Part shown: in pieces, positions 37,824 to 57,962 of the stretch | Layout of the letters: each line of letters starts with the position of its first letter | Position numbering within the stretch: the first letter of the stretch is position 1 | DNA from: Acidobacteriota bacterium | GTDB lineage: Bacteria > Acidobacteriota > UBA4820 > DSQY01 | Direction of reading: 5' to 3' | DNA: 64,000 bases | NCBI GenBank assembly: GCA_021778515.1 | Contig: JAJYCJ010000004.1 | Location: forward strand, 7,092 to 71,091 | Notes under the pieces: model-generated | What the model was told of the DNA's origin: nothing | What the model saw: the letters and a program-made list of their open reading frames with translations, nothing else | The model's database searches: none | Translations under genes and position numbers: made by a program

Positions 37824-39878
37824 ATGGCCCGCGACGACGACGGCAACCACTCCGGCTTCAAACCCGTGATCCCGGCCAGCCAGAACCTGCCCGAGATCAC
37901 GGTGAAGGCGATCATTCTGGGCATCGTGCTGGCCGTGATTCTGGCCGCGGCCAACGCGTACCTGGGACTCTTCGCGGGCATGACCGTCTCCGCCTCCATT
38001 CCGGCGGCGGTCATCTCCATGACCATCTTCTCCTTCTTCAAGCGCAGCAACATCCTGGAGAACAACATCGTCCAGACGGCCGCTTCGGCCGGCGAGGCGG
38101 TGGCCGCGGCCGCCGTCTTCACCATCCCGGGCCTCGTGATCCTCGGATACTGGAAGGAGTACAACTACTGGGAGACGCTCCTGATCTGCGCCCTGGGCGG
38201 GACCATCGGCGTCCTCTTCTCCGTCCCCCTCCGCCGCGCCCTGGTGGTGCACGGCGACAAGGAGATCAAGTTCCCCGAGGGCATCGCCACGGCCGAGGTG
38301 CTCAAGGCCGGCCAGGGTCAGGAGAAGGGCAGCCTCTCGGCCATCGTCTACGCCGCCCTCACGGGGGGGGTGCTGAAGTTCTGCCAGGACGCCGGGCTGA
38401 AGCTCTGGGCCTCCACCCTGGAGGTGGGCGCGCGGGTCGGTAACAGCATGGCCTACTTCGGCCTCGACCTCTCCCCCGCTCTCCTGGGCGTGGGCTACAT
38501 CGTGGGCCTGAACATCGCGATTCTGGTGTTCCTCGGGGGCGCCCTCTCGTGGTGGATCGCCATCCCGCTCTACGCGGCTTTCCACGGATGGCCCGCCGGT
38601 GCGCACGATGCGGTCGAGGCGGCCAACACACTCTGGAGCAGCCAGATCCGCTACCTCGGCGTGGGCGCCATGTGCGTGGGCGGCTTCTGGGCCCTGATCC
38701 AGCTCCGCAGCCAGCTCCTCACCGGCGTCAAGAGCGGGCTTCAGGCGCTGAAGGACGAGAAGGGCGGGAGCACCATCGAGCGGACGGACAAGGACATGCC
38801 CATGATCTGGGTCCTGGTCTTCTCGTTCCTGGCCATCATCCCGCTCTTTTTCATCTACCACCTGGTGGTGTCCAAGCTGGCCGTCAGTCTGGTGATGGCC
38901 GTGATCATGCTCATCGCCGGCTTCCTCTTCGCGGCGGTGGCCGGCTACATGGCCGGGCTGGTGGGCTCATCCAACAACCCCATCTCGGGGGTCACCATCG
39001 CCACCATCCTCTTCGCCTCCCTGGTCCTCCTGGTCTTCCTGGGCCGCGGCAACCCCGCGGGGCCCGCCGCCGCCATCCTCATCGGCGCCGTGGTCTGCTG
39101 CGCCGCCTCCATCGCGGGGGACAACCTGCAGGACCTCAAGGCGGGATACCTCGTCGGCTCCACGCCGTGGAAGCAGGAGTTCATGCTGGTCGTGGGGGTG
39201 CTCTCCTCGGCCTTCGTCATCGCACCCGTCCTGCACGTCCTGAACCTGAAGTACGGCGTCGGAATCCCCTTCAACGCCACCCCCGCCTGGATCCAGGCCC
39301 ACCCCAACCCGCTGCCGGCGCCCCAGGCCACCCTCATGGCGGCCGTCTCCAAGGGCGTCTTCATGGGTGGCCTCCCGTGGACCATGGTGGCCATCGGGGC
39401 CGTGATCGCCGTGGGCATCATCACCCTCGACCAGTACCTCAAGGCCAGGGGCAGCGAGTTCCGCACGCCGGTCCTCGCGGTGGCCGTGGGCATCTACCTC
39501 CCCTTCTCCCTCTCCACCCCGATTCTCGTGGGAGGCATGGTGGCCTACTTCGCCGCCAGGCTCAGGAACAAGGCCGCCAAGGGCGCCTCCAAGAGCCTGC
39601 TGACCCGCCTGAAGGCGGCCGAGGCGGACGGGGACAAGAAGGGGCTGCTCTTCGCCTCGGGCCTCATCACCGGCGAGGCGCTCATGGGCATCCTTCTGGC
39701 GGTGCCCATCACCCTGGCCGGCATCTGGCCCGTCCTGAAGGGGGACTTCCTCGCCCTCTTCCCTCAGCCCCCGCTGGGGGCCTGGCCCGGCGTCGCCGTC
39801 CTCGCCGTAGTGGTCTACGCGCTCTACCGCGTGGTGGCCAAGCCGACGAAGGAAGCGATGAAGGGATTGAGGGATTGA
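37824..39878 (+). CDS. OPT family oligopeptide transporter
   Basis: 684 aa, about 16 TM segments, and OPT superfamily motifs at the N-terminus (ITVKAIILGIVLAVILAAANAYLGLFAGMTVSASIPAAV). Confidence 0.85.
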   Translation: MARDDDGNHSGFKPVIPASQNLPEITVKAIILGIVLAVILAAANAYLGLFAGMTVSASIPAAVISMTIFSFFKRSNILENNIVQTAASAGEAVAAAAVFTIPGLVILGYWKEYNYWETLLICALGGTIGVLFSVPLRRALVVHGDKEIKFPEGIATAEVLKAGQGQEKGSLSAIVYAALTGGVLKFCQDAGLKLWASTLEVGARVGNSMAYFGLDLSPALLGVGYIVGLNIAILVFLGGALSWWIAIPLYAAFHGWPAGAHDAVEAANTLWSSQIRYLGVGAMCVGGFWALIQLRSQLLTGVKSGLQALKDEKGGSTIERTDKDMPMIWVLVFSFLAIIPLFFIYHLVVSKLAVSLVMAVIMLIAGFLFAAVAGYMAGLVGSSNNPISGVTIATILFASLVLLVFLGRGNPAGPAAAILIGAVVCCAASIAGDNLQDLKAGYLVGSTPWKQEFMLVVGVLSSAFVIAPVLHVLNLKYGVGIPFNATPAWIQAHPNPLPAPQATLMAAVSKGVFMGGLPWTMVAIGAVIAVGIITLDQYLKARGSEFRTPVLAVAVGIYLPFSLSTPILVGGMVAYFAARLRNKAAKGASKSLLTRLKAAEADGDKKGLLFASGLITGEALMGILLAVPITLAGIWPVLKGDFLALFPQPPLGAWPGVAVLAVVVYALYRVVAKPTKEAMKGLRD

Positions 39879-39913
39879 GGGATTGGGCGATTGAGCGATT
39901 AAGCGATTGAGCT
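39864..39913. repeat. Tandem 8-bp repeat GCGATTGA family (about 6 units)
   Basis: gggattga gggattgg gcgattga gcgattaa gcgattga gctaag. It overlaps the 3' end of the OPT gene and its downstream region. Confidence 0.7.
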
Positions 39914-39915
39914 AA

Positions 39916-39953
39916 GAAAGGGCGGAGCCCGTCGGCTCCGCCCTTTCTATTGT
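39916..39953. terminator. Bidirectional rho-independent terminator between the convergent OPT and TPR genes
   Basis: aagaaagggcggagcc-cgtc-ggctccgccctttctatt: a perfect 10-bp GC stem flanked by an A-run on the 5' side and a T-run on the 3' side. Confidence 0.75.
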
Positions 39954-40015
39954 GCCTTCTCACGATCCGCGGCTGCGGCCTGGCGCGGCCCGCTCGCTCC
40001 TCCTCGAGTCTTGGC

Positions 40016-40804
40016 CTAGCTCCACCTCTGTAGGAGCTTCTCGGCTTTCGCCTTGATGGAGGTGAATTCGGGGGCCCACCGCGGGTCGGGCGTCATATCC
40101 ACGATCGCCTTGACCTGCTCGAGGGCCTTGTCCTTCATCCCCTCGGCCTTGTAGGTCTCGGCCAGGTAGAGGCGCGTGAGAGCGTTGGTGGGAGCGCCCT
40201 TCAGCGAGGCCTCCAGATACTGGATGGACTTCTTGTTGTCGCCCCCCTTGAACCAGGGCAGCTTGTAGTACATCCGCCCCAGCACCCGGTCGGGGCCGTA
40301 GCCCTCCACCGCCGGGTTCAGCTCCTGGCACGTCTGCATCTCCTGCTTGATGCTCGGCACCAGGCTGAGGGACTTGAAGATCCCCTTGGCCTCGCCGTAG
40401 ACCCCGTAGAGCACGCCGAGCCAGAAGTGGCCCTCCACCCCCTTGGGATCGAGCGCCACCGCGGCCTTGGCGCGGTCGATGCCGTCCTGGAAGAGGGTCA
40501 TCTTCTCGTCGCCCGAGGCCATCGCGCGGGTGTATTCGCCGTAGAAGTAGCAAGCCCTGGCGCCCCGCCACAGGGCATCGTAGGACTTCGGGTCCGCCTT
40601 GGCCGCCTCCGCGAAGAGCTGCATGGCCGCCCTCGCCTGTTCCGGGTTGGCCCGCTGCTCGTAGGCCGCCTCGGCCCTCTCCAGCGGCGATCGGGCCGCC
40701 GGAGCCTGGGGCGGCGGAGCTTGGGCTGGCGGAGCCTGAGCGCACACGCCCATCACCCCCGCCGTCAGAAAGACCAGAATCCCCCACGAGACCTGTGCTT
40801 TCAT
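40016..40804 (-). CDS. Secreted TPR-repeat protein
   Basis: Signal peptide plus a PPAQAPP-rich linker, then TPR-like helical repeats. Confidence 0.65.
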   Translation of the reverse strand: MKAQVSWGILVFLTAGVMGVCAQAPPAQAPPPQAPAARSPLERAEAAYEQRANPEQARAAMQLFAEAAKADPKSYDALWRGARACYFYGEYTRAMASGDEKMTLFQDGIDRAKAAVALDPKGVEGHFWLGVLYGVYGEAKGIFKSLSLVPSIKQEMQTCQELNPAVEGYGPDRVLGRMYYKLPWFKGGDNKKSIQYLEASLKGAPTNALTRLYLAETYKAEGMKDKALEQVKAIVDMTPDPRWAPEFTSIKAKAEKLLQRWS

Positions 40805-40997
40805 GGGACACCTCCTGATGCTCCCACCTTACCACGGCCGGGGCCCGGGCGCCCTCCAGGTTGCAATTCCGAAAAAGAGCCGTGATGAACGGGCAACAGC
40901 CTCTCCTTAGCCTGAGCGTGACCGGCCATGCCCCGGAGGCGGACGGCAGGGTTCGGCCGATTCGTGAACCGGAAGAAGGACCGGAAAGGAGGCAGAT

Positions 40998-42308
40998 GTG
41001 AGGAGATCAGCGAGGCGAGTGGTGGCGGCGGGCCTGGCGGCCCTGGCCCTGACGGGGCTCTCGGTCTTTGCCCAATCGGCCGGGCAGTTGGACCCGCTGT
41101 TGAAGATCCTGGTCGAGAACAAGGTCATCACCCAGCAGCAGGCCGAGGCCGTCCAGGCCCAGTACGACCAGCAGAAAGCCCAGAAGGAGGCCCAGAGCCA
41201 GCAGGAGATCCAGCAGACCGTTCAGGAGACGGTCAAGAGCCAGCCCGCCAGCGTTCCCGCGGCCCTCAAGGGCCTGCACGTGGGCGGCACCTTCTACCTC
41301 TCCTACCAGAACGGCAACCAGTACGCGGGCACGCCCGGTGAGACGAAATCATACAGCCAGTTCGTTCTCAAGCGGGGCTACCTCGACGTGACGGATGACA
41401 TCACCCCCTGGTTTTCGGGCCGCATCACGACGGACGTCTATCAGAACTCGGCGCAGGACTGGCAGCCCCGGATCAAGTACCTCTACGGAAGCTTCCACTG
41501 GAACGGCAACAACGTCATCTCCCAGCCCTACGTGAACTTCGGCCAAGTGGTCATCCCCTGGCTCGACTGGGACGAGGCCGTCAACGGCTACCGGCTGCAG
41601 GACCCCATGTTCTTGGAGCGCAACAACATCCTCAACAGCGCTGACGACGGCGTCATCGTGGGCTCCAACTTCGGTGGCCTCATGCCCGCGGACTACCGCA
41701 AGAACGTGGACGGCGCGTACGCCGGCCGCTACGGCTCCTGGCAGTTCGGCGTCTACAACGGCAACGGCTATCACGGAGCGGAAAAAAACCAGAACAAGGC
41801 CCTCATGGCGCGCATTTCGCTGAGGCCCATCCCCATTGCGATGCCCGGCCTCCAGCTCACCGTCTTCGGCGTGAACGGCAAGGGGAACGTACCGAAGGTC
41901 GCCGGGAAGGACCTGCCCGACTGGACCGTCTTCGACGGCATGATCTCGTATGAAAACCACTACTTCACCGGCCAGGCCGAATATTTCTCGGGTAAGGGCA
42001 ACGAGTTCGGAACGGCCCTCAATCCCGATGGCAGCGCCCGCAAGCAGAAGGGCTACTCCTTCTTCGCCAACGTGCGCTTCCCCGAGGACGCCCAGTGGGG
42101 CGTGATCGGCCGGTACGACCACTTCGATCCCAATCCCGACGGGGGCTCCACGGTCGTGGACGACATCACCAAGACCTCCATCTTCGGCGTCTCCTACCGC
42201 TTCGTGGGTCAGAACATGGCGCTCCTGGACTACCAGGTGACGCAGCACACCGACCCGCGCATCCCCAACGAGAAGCGCGTGCAGCTCACCCTCCAGGTGA
42301 AGTTCTAG
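40998..42308 (+). CDS. Outer-membrane beta-barrel porin (phosphate-selective porin O/P-like)
   Basis: Signal peptide, an N-terminal Q-rich coiled segment, alternating amphipathic beta-strands, and a C-terminal ...LQVKF with terminal Phe. Confidence 0.7.
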   Translation: MRRSARRVVAAGLAALALTGLSVFAQSAGQLDPLLKILVENKVITQQQAEAVQAQYDQQKAQKEAQSQQEIQQTVQETVKSQPASVPAALKGLHVGGTFYLSYQNGNQYAGTPGETKSYSQFVLKRGYLDVTDDITPWFSGRITTDVYQNSAQDWQPRIKYLYGSFHWNGNNVISQPYVNFGQVVIPWLDWDEAVNGYRLQDPMFLERNNILNSADDGVIVGSNFGGLMPADYRKNVDGAYAGRYGSWQFGVYNGNGYHGAEKNQNKALMARISLRPIPIAMPGLQLTVFGVNGKGNVPKVAGKDLPDWTVFDGMISYENHYFTGQAEYFSGKGNEFGTALNPDGSARKQKGYSFFANVRFPEDAQWGVIGRYDHFDPNPDGGSTVVDDITKTSIFGVSYRFVGQNMALLDYQVTQHTDPRIPNEKRVQLTLQVKF

Positions 42309-42341
42309 AGATTCTGGTCCATCCCTTCACTCCCTCTCCTC

Positions 42342-42372
42342 CCACGGCGCCCGGTCCCCGGGCGCCGTTTTT
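42342..42372 (+). terminator. Rho-independent terminator after the porin gene
   Basis: ggcgcccgg-tccc-cgggcgcc followed by gttttt. Confidence 0.65.
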
Positions 42373-42474
42373 CTTTGGGGCTGCATTCGAAAGGTGCATG
42401 CTTGCAGGGGAGACAACAAACGCTGGGCATCACAGAGACGATGCCGGCCTTACTCGGCTTTGCCGCCATGGTTC

Positions 42475-43086
42475 TTAAGGGTGGCGACGCCTCGGTTGGG
42501 GACATTCAATCCTTATGGCTTCGACGGTGCATACAGGCATGGGCTGCTCGAGGGCATCGCTTCCGGTTTCGATACGGCCGACGAGCCTGTTCCCCTGCCT
42601 GACCAGAAGGATGATGGTCCAGATCTTTCCTGTCGACCACACGACCCTGATGCCATGGTCGCCATCAGGTGACCACGATCCGATCTGGAAATGCCGTCTC
42701 AACAGGGATGCTTCTCCGCCAAGGGGGGTCACGACGCGGCTTCCCTTTGGAAAACTGGGGTACCCCCCGTCATCCCTTCTCCTTGCGCTCTCCTCCAGAT
42801 GAATGGTTTCGGGCGGGGCGAAGGAGCGCAAGGATTCCTTGGTGTGCAATGGTGGAGCCCACGGGCCGAGCACGAGTCGGTAGCAGCCACAGAACTGTTC
42901 CAACGACCTCGCTGCGGCGCTCTGCAGTGGGGCTGAAATGGCGAGGCAGGCCATGCAAAAAATCAAGAAGAAGATGCTCCCCCTACAAGGCTTGCTTAAG
43001 CATCGGCTCTCAATCCCCTCTTCCACAAACCCACACGGATGAGAAGGCGTCCGTTTCAATCGACAGTTAAGAGCTTTCATTTGCAC
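42475..43086 (-). CDS. Hypothetical protein with an N-terminal hydrophobic anchor, in a lower-GC segment
   Basis: 203-aa ORF in a ~56% GC stretch. TM-like IFFLIFCMACLAISAPL then a beta-rich region. No homology recognised, so it may be non-coding. Confidence 0.25.
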   Translation of the reverse strand: MQMKALNCRLKRTPSHPCGFVEEGIESRCLSKPCRGSIFFLIFCMACLAISAPLQSAAARSLEQFCGCYRLVLGPWAPPLHTKESLRSFAPPETIHLEESARRRDDGGYPSFPKGSRVVTPLGGEASLLRRHFQIGSWSPDGDHGIRVVWSTGKIWTIILLVRQGNRLVGRIETGSDALEQPMPVCTVEAIRIECPQPRRRHP

Positions 43087-43400
43087 ACTGCGACAAGAAT
43101 GGCGGTGATTGCCGATACGGCAGCGATGACAGCCGCGATTATAGCGATGGCGTTGGCACGCCGCGCGATGGTGCGTGTTTCTGCTTCTCGCGCATCACGC
43201 CTAGCCGATTCCTCTCCCCTCAACCACACTTGCGCCCATGCGTCCCAATCTGGGCCCTTCTGTCTCCAATGTCCGGCAAGCTGAGCAGCGGAGACATCCC
43301 TCTCTCCCATACGGTTAAACTCATTGAATGCCTCATTTTGCGCCGGGCTACTGGTCATGCCGCCTCCTAACGCATATTCGGCCGATGACACGGGCCCCAC
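43077..43400 (-). CDS. Hypothetical small tail-anchored membrane protein (107 aa)
   Basis: A soluble N-terminal ~75 aa then a C-terminal TM helix IAIIAAVIAAVSAITAILVAV. Lower-GC segment, no recognisable family. Confidence 0.35.
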   Translation of the reverse strand: MGPVSSAEYALGGGMTSSPAQNEAFNEFNRMGERDVSAAQLAGHWRQKGPDWDAWAQVWLRGEESARRDAREAETRTIARRANAIAIIAAVIAAVSAITAILVAVCK

Positions 43401-43786
43401 AACGGCCGCATATCGTTGAAATGTGTGGCCTATCGCGGCAAATGTCCCCGCTCCCCTGCATGGTGACCTCTTGGCAAGACTAGCACACCTTCCTCGGCGG
43501 TGCTTAGACCGACGAAATGGGCAGACGGGATAGACGGCCAGGCGATCGCCGCTTCACCACTCCGTCCCCTTGCCCATCGCCCGTGCACCTCCCAAGTTTC
43601 CACCCATGGCCCCTCTCCCCGCCCGGCAAGAGCCGCCCAATGCGGGCATCCACCTGCGCGCCCGTGGCAGGGCAACCGTTTTTAGGGCCTTTCCCGCCCC
43701 GGTCAGATGAAATGGACGATCTTCCCGCGGGTGAAGCAGTGCTATCACCGCCCTGGACGATGAGGCAAGAGATGGAGACAGGGAGA

Positions 43787-44156
43787 GGACCATCGTGTCC
43801 CATGGCTTTCTAAAATGGCTCCAGACCTCCCTTGAGCGGTCTGCCTTCCGAAGCAAAGCGGAGGAAGGCGCGTTCCGGCGCCGATGGCCCTCATGCGAGG
43901 AAGGTGAGGCGACCACACCGCAAGCGTACTCCCTGTACGCTGAGGATGTGGGCGCCGAAAGCTGACGAAGCAGGAGGTCCGTCGCCGCCGGCGCAAACAC
44001 GGACGGTGGGGGTCAACGGCACACACCAGGAAAGCCGGGCCTGGCGCCCAAAGGGCGGCTGAGGGCCTGAGGACGGAGCGCGGCCACGCTGGCGTGGGCG
44101 CGCCCGGCTCAGGGCCCCAGCGCCGCGCCAAAGGCGCGGCCGAGGCCCGGCCACGG
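43787..44156. repeat. Copy B of the ~350-bp structured repeat element (partner of 4046-4420, inverted)
   Basis: See copy A. It lies immediately downstream of the rpoC terminator hairpin on the minus strand. Confidence 0.7.
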
Positions 44157-44159
44157 ATC

Positions 44160-44194
44160 GGAAACGGCGAGGGGGCGGGATCGCTCCCGCCCCC
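44160..44194 (-). terminator. Stem-loop downstream of rpoC
   Basis: Minus strand: gggggcgggagcgatcccgccccc then tcgccgtttcc (weak U-tract), 30 nt after the rpoC stop. Confidence 0.4.
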
Positions 44195-44224
44195 TGGGCG
44201 TGGCAGTCATGATGAGGGGTCAGC

Positions 44225-48739
<4,515 letters not shown>

Positions 48740-48757
48740 GGCACTACCCCCTCGACG

Positions 48758-53065
<4,308 letters not shown>

Positions 53066-53246
53066 CAGGCCTTCTCCTAAACGAAGCCGAAAGGGGCAAA
53101 AGGGTCATGCTCTGGGCGGATCGGTCCGGTGTCGCGACCGTGGGCCGTTGCTTCTCTTCGGACCGTTCCGCTGGTACCACATCCTCGGATCGCGGCCCGG
53201 GCGGAGACGTCCGGGCCCATCCGATTTCCTGTCGGGACTGGCTGCA

Positions 53247-53300
53247 CCCATTGTACAGGAAAAAAGGCACACGGGCAGGGTACGCCCGCAGGCGCCCTGC
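53247..53300 (-). terminator. rplL-rpoB intergenic attenuator or partial terminator
   Basis: Minus strand: gggcaggg-cgcctgcgggcgta-ccctgccc followed by gtgtgccttttttcc, the classic position of the L7/L12-rpoB attenuator. Confidence 0.55.
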
Positions 53301-53326
53301 CCGGCCTCGCACTGTCTAGGCACAAG

Positions 53327-53698
53327 CTATTTGATCTCGACAGTCGCGCCCTTCTCCTCGAACTTCTTCTTGATGGCCTCGGCCTCGTCCTTGGAGACCG
53401 CTTCCTTCAGGGTCTTCGGGGCGGCCTCGACCAGCTCCTTGGCTTCCTTCAGACCGAGGCTCGTGATCTCGCGGACCACTTTGATGACCTCGATCTTCTT
53501 TTCGCCGGCTGCCTTGAGAATGACGTCGAACTCGGTCTTCTCCTCGGCCGGTGCGGCGGCGCCAGGCGCAGCCATCATGACCGGAGCGGCCGCGGCGGCG
53601 GACACGCCCCACTTCTCTTCCAGCATCTTGCTCAACTGAGCGGCCTCCAGCACGGTCAGGGCGCTCAGTTCTTCGACGATCGTATTCAGGTCGGCCAT
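53327..53698 (-). CDS. rplL: 50S ribosomal protein L7/L12
   Basis: 123 aa with the Ala/Pro-rich hinge and the C-terminal domain [19 protein letters not shown]. Confidence 0.95.
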   Translation of the reverse strand: MADLNTIVEELSALTVLEAAQLSKMLEEKWGVSAAAAAPVMMAAPGAAAPAEEKTEFDVILKAAGEKKIEVIKVVREITSLGLKEAKELVEAAPKTLKEAVSKDEAEAIKKKFEEKGATVEIK

Positions 53699-53720
53699 GG
53701 TGGAACTCCTCCTTCGTTAC

Positions 53721-54239
53721 CTACTCTACGGTTTGCTTGCCGCGCTCGGAGAGGCAGACTGCCACGTTCCGTGCGGGGGTTTGCAAGAGTGTCGCGAGTT
53801 TCGTGGCGGGCGCCTGCAGCAGCCCGATGAGCTGAGCCCGGATACCGTCGAGACCGGGCAGCTTGGACAGCACCTCCACCGCGCCGGCATCCACGGCCCT
53901 GCCGTCGATGACGCCGCCCTTCACCTTCAGGTTGGGATTCTCCTTGGAGAACTCCACCAGCACCTTCGCCAGAGGGATCGGGTCCCGCTGAGACCAGGCG
54001 ATGGCCGTGGGTCCAACCATCCAGGCATCGGCGCCTGAAAGGTCGGTACCCTCGGATGCCTTCTTCAGGAGGGTGTTCTTGACCACCCGCAAAGACCCCG
54101 AAGACTGCCGCACCCGGTCTCGAAGGCTGCTGATTTCCTTGACCTTGAGGCCCTTGAAGTCGACCAGGTAGAAGGCTTCATTCCCCTGGATCACCTCTCG
54201 GATCGCCTCTATCGCTCCCTGTTTCTCGGCCCGGTTCAC
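53721..54239 (-). CDS. rplJ: 50S ribosomal protein L10
   Basis: 172 aa, L10 family, in conserved gene order. Confidence 0.9.
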   Translation of the reverse strand: MNRAEKQGAIEAIREVIQGNEAFYLVDFKGLKVKEISSLRDRVRQSSGSLRVVKNTLLKKASEGTDLSGADAWMVGPTAIAWSQRDPIPLAKVLVEFSKENPNLKVKGGVIDGRAVDAGAVEVLSKLPGLDGIRAQLIGLLQAPATKLATLLQTPARNVAVCLSERGKQTVE

Positions 54240-54249
54240 AGCGCCCTCC

Positions 54250-54936
54250 TTAGAATCCAGAAACGTCCAGCCGGATGCTGGGACTCATGCTCGTGCAGAG
54301 GTAGGCGCTCTTGATGTACTTGCCCTTGGCCGCGGCGGGCTTGGCCCTTACCACCGCCTCGATGAGGCTCGTGAGGTTCTCCTGGAGCTTGCCTTCCTCG
54401 AACGACTTCTTGCCCACGGGGCAGTGGATGATCCCCGTCTTGTCCACGCGGAACTCCACCTTGCCAGCCTTGAGGTCCCTCACGGCCTGGCCCACGTCGA
54501 AGGTGACGGTGCCGAGCTTGGGGTTGGGCATGAGCCCGCGCGGCCCCAGCACCTTGCCCAGCTTGCCGACCTCCTTCATCATGTCGGGCGTCGCCACGAC
54601 GGCTTCGAACTCCAGCCAGCCGCCCTGGATCTTCGCCACCGCCTCCTCGGCCATGACCACGTCGGCTCCGGCGGCTTGGGCCTCCTTCTGCTTCTCGCCC
54701 TGCGCGATCACCAGCACCCGGACGCTGCGGCCAAGGCCGTTCGGCAGCACGGTGGTACCGCGCACCATCTGGTCGGCGTGCTTGGGGTCCACGCCGAGGT
54801 TCATGCTGACCTCAACGGTCTCGTCGAAGCCGGCGTAGGCCACCTTCCTGAGGAGCCCCAGCGCCTCGGGAATGGGGTATTCCCTGGCCTCGATCTGCCC
54901 CGCCGCCGCCTTGTATTTCTTTCCTGTCTTGCCCAT
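54250..54936 (-). CDS. rplA: 50S ribosomal protein L1
   Basis: From the ATG at 54936: [16 protein letters not shown]...; the table ORF has a 23-aa spurious extension. Confidence 0.9.
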   Translation of the reverse strand: MGKTGKKYKAAAGQIEAREYPIPEALGLLRKVAYAGFDETVEVSMNLGVDPKHADQMVRGTTVLPNGLGRSVRVLVIAQGEKQKEAQAAGADVVMAEEAVAKIQGGWLEFEAVVATPDMMKEVGKLGKVLGPRGLMPNPKLGTVTFDVGQAVRDLKAGKVEFRVDKTGIIHCPVGKKSFEEGKLQENLTSLIEAVVRAKPAAAKGKYIKSAYLCTSMSPSIRLDVSGF

Positions 54937-54946
54937 AGACGGCTCC

Positions 54947-55372
54947 TTAGTCCACGATCTCCAGCCCCATGCTGCGGGCCGACCCCGAGATGGTGCGGAT
55001 GGCACTTTCGATGGAGGTGGTGTTCAGGTCCTTCATCTTGGTCTTGGCGATCTCTTCGATCTGCTTGTGCGTGACCCTTCCCACCTTGTTCTTGTTCGGC
55101 TCGCCCGACCCCTTGGCGATGCTCGCCGCCTTCTTGAGGAGGTCGGAGGCCGGGGGCGTCTTGGTGATGAAGCTGAAGGAGCGGTCGCCGTAGACCGTGA
55201 TCACCACCGGGATGATGAAACCCTCCTGCCCCTTCGTTTTGGCGTTGAACTCCTTGCAGAATCCCATGATGTTCACGCCGTGCTGACCCAGCGCCGGGCC
55301 CACTGGCGGGGCCGGGTTGGCGTTCCCCGCCGGGATCTGCAATTTCACTTCCGCGATGATCTTTTTGGCCAT
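54947..55372 (-). CDS. rplK: 50S ribosomal protein L11
   Basis: [36 protein letters not shown] is strongly conserved in L11. Confidence 0.95.
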   Translation of the reverse strand: MAKKIIAEVKLQIPAGNANPAPPVGPALGQHGVNIMGFCKEFNAKTKGQEGFIIPVVITVYGDRSFSFITKTPPASDLLKKAASIAKGSGEPNKNKVGRVTHKQIEEIAKTKMKDLNTTSIESAIRTISGSARSMGLEIVD

Positions 55373-55386
55373 GGCTCGCTCCGCTT

Positions 55387-55420
55387 GGCGATTCGGCGAT
55401 TGGCGATTCGGCGATTAGGA
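55387..55420. repeat. Tandem 7-8-bp repeat GGCGATT(C/G), four units, in the rplK 5' leader
   Basis: ggcgattc ggcgattg gcgattcg gcgattag, directly upstream of the rplK start. It shares the GCGATT core with the repeats at 13801 and 39864. Confidence 0.65.
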
Positions 55421-55465
55421 AGCCTTGTTCTGCCTAGTCGCACCTCGCGCTCCGCGGTTCCTCTC

Positions 55466-55987
55466 CTAAAGCTTCTCCACCTGAAGGAAATTCAACTCCA
55501 CCGGGGTCGAGCGCCCGAAAATGGTGACGAGCACCGTCAGGGTGGAGTGGTCCGGATTGACCTTGTCCACCACACCCTGGAAGGAGGCGAAGGGACCCTC
55601 GATGATCTTCACCTTCTCGCCCGGCTCGAAGGAGTACTTGGGCTTGGGTGCCTCCGTGGCCCTCGTCATGTGGCCCAGCACCCGGTCGATCTCCTCGGGC
55701 CTGAGCGCCTCAGTGCCGACGAAGCCGGTGACCTTGGGGGTGTTGAGCACCACCTGCTGGGTCTCGTCGGTCAGCAGCATCTGCACCAGCACGTAGCCCG
55801 GGAAAAACTTCTTGGTGGAGACGTGCTTTTTGCCGTTGCGCACCTCCACCACGTTCTCGGTGGGGATCATGACCTCCCCGAAGTGCTCCCCAAGGCCGAA
55901 GGCCTCGATCCGGTTCAGAAGGCTTTCCTTGACCCGGTTTTCAAAGCCCGAGTAGGTATGGATGATGTACCACTGCATCTCGGCCAT
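55466..55987 (-). CDS. nusG: Transcription termination/antitermination protein NusG
   Basis: From the ATG at 55987: MAEMQWYIIHTYSGFENRVKESL (NGN) and a C-terminal KOW GEKVKIIEGPFASFQGVV. The table ORF is extended 5'. Confidence 0.9.
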   Translation of the reverse strand: MAEMQWYIIHTYSGFENRVKESLLNRIEAFGLGEHFGEVMIPTENVVEVRNGKKHVSTKKFFPGYVLVQMLLTDETQQVVLNTPKVTGFVGTEALRPEEIDRVLGHMTRATEAPKPKYSFEPGEKVKIIEGPFASFQGVVDKVNPDHSTLTVLVTIFGRSTPVELNFLQVEKL

Positions 55988-55998
55988 GGCCCTTCCGC

Positions 55999-56208
55999 TT
56001 AATGAAAGAGTGAAAACAGCCTGTTGAGCAAACTGAAGATCACCTGATCGACGGCCCAGAGGAAGACGCCGAAGATGATCACCACCACGACAACCACGAG
56101 CGTGGTGTTCACGACCTCGTTCCTGCTGGGGAAGGAGGTCTTCTTGACCTCCAGCCGAACGTCCCTCAGGAATGCCGGCAGGGTCTGAAACCAATCCACT
56201 ATCTTCAC
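55999..56208 (-). CDS. secE: Preprotein translocase subunit SecE
   Basis: 69 aa with a single C-terminal TM helix, positioned between tRNA-Trp and nusG. Confidence 0.85.
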   Translation of the reverse strand: MKIVDWFQTLPAFLRDVRLEVKKTSFPSRNEVVNTTLVVVVVVIIFGVFLWAVDQVIFSLLNRLFSLFH

Positions 56209-56242
56209 GGTCGACCTCTTGTGACGGAGAAAAGGGAGAAAG

Positions 56243-56319
56243 TGGCAGGCGAGGAGGGATTCGAACCCCCAACATCCGGTTTTGGAGACCGGCGCTCTAC
56301 CAATTGGAGCTACTCGCCT
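56243..56319 (-). tRNA. tRNA-Trp (anticodon CCA), 3' CCA encoded
   Basis: Minus strand: aggcgagtagctccaattggtagagcgccggtctccaaaaccggatgttgggggttcgaatccctcctcgcctgcca. It has a 7-bp acceptor stem, an anticodon loop cuCCAaa, and a T-loop ggttcgaatcc. Confidence 0.9.
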
Positions 56320-56328
56320 GCAATCCGG

Positions 56329-56478
56329 TCACTTCACCTCTTTGTGAACTTGGTGGGAGCGGCAGAAGGGGCAGTACTTCTTCACCTCCAGCTTTCCCTG
56401 CTGTTTCTTCTTGTTCTTGGTCGTCGTGTAGTTGCGCCGCTTGCACGCGCCGCACTGCAGGTGGATGATATCGCGCAT
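56329..56478 (-). CDS. rpmG: 50S ribosomal protein L33
   Basis: Minus-strand translation [49 protein letters not shown] (49 aa, C4 zinc ribbon). Too short to be listed in the ORF table. Confidence 0.9.
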   Translation of the reverse strand: MRDIIHLQCGACKRRNYTTTKNKKKQQGKLEVKKYCPFCRSHQVHKEVK

Positions 56479-56481
56479 CGC

Positions 56482-57681
<1,200 letters not shown>

Positions 57682-57772
57682 CCGATCCGCCTCCGGCAAC
57701 CCGCCCTTCCGGCTGCCCCGCCGCCCTTCGCCTTCTCTCCCCCGGCTCTTCGGTCCCTACTGCGGGGGGGTG

Positions 57773-57848
<76 letters not shown>

Positions 57849-57962
57849 CGAAATGCCGCGATTAGGAGATGGGGAGATCGGGAGACCAGGAGGTCGCCTA
57901 TCGGCGAACCGGCCATCCCCATCTTCCTCACCTCGCCATCTCCTCATCACCTCATCACAACC

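Noticed and set aside
43900-44000. Possible RNase P RNA (sequence caggaaagccgggc resembles the conserved GGAAAGUCCGGGC block)
   Set aside because: The other conserved RNase P blocks (AGGGUGAAA..GGUGCGGUAAGAGCGCACC, ACAGAACCCGGCUUA) are absent, and the element occurs twice, so the resemblance is coincidental.
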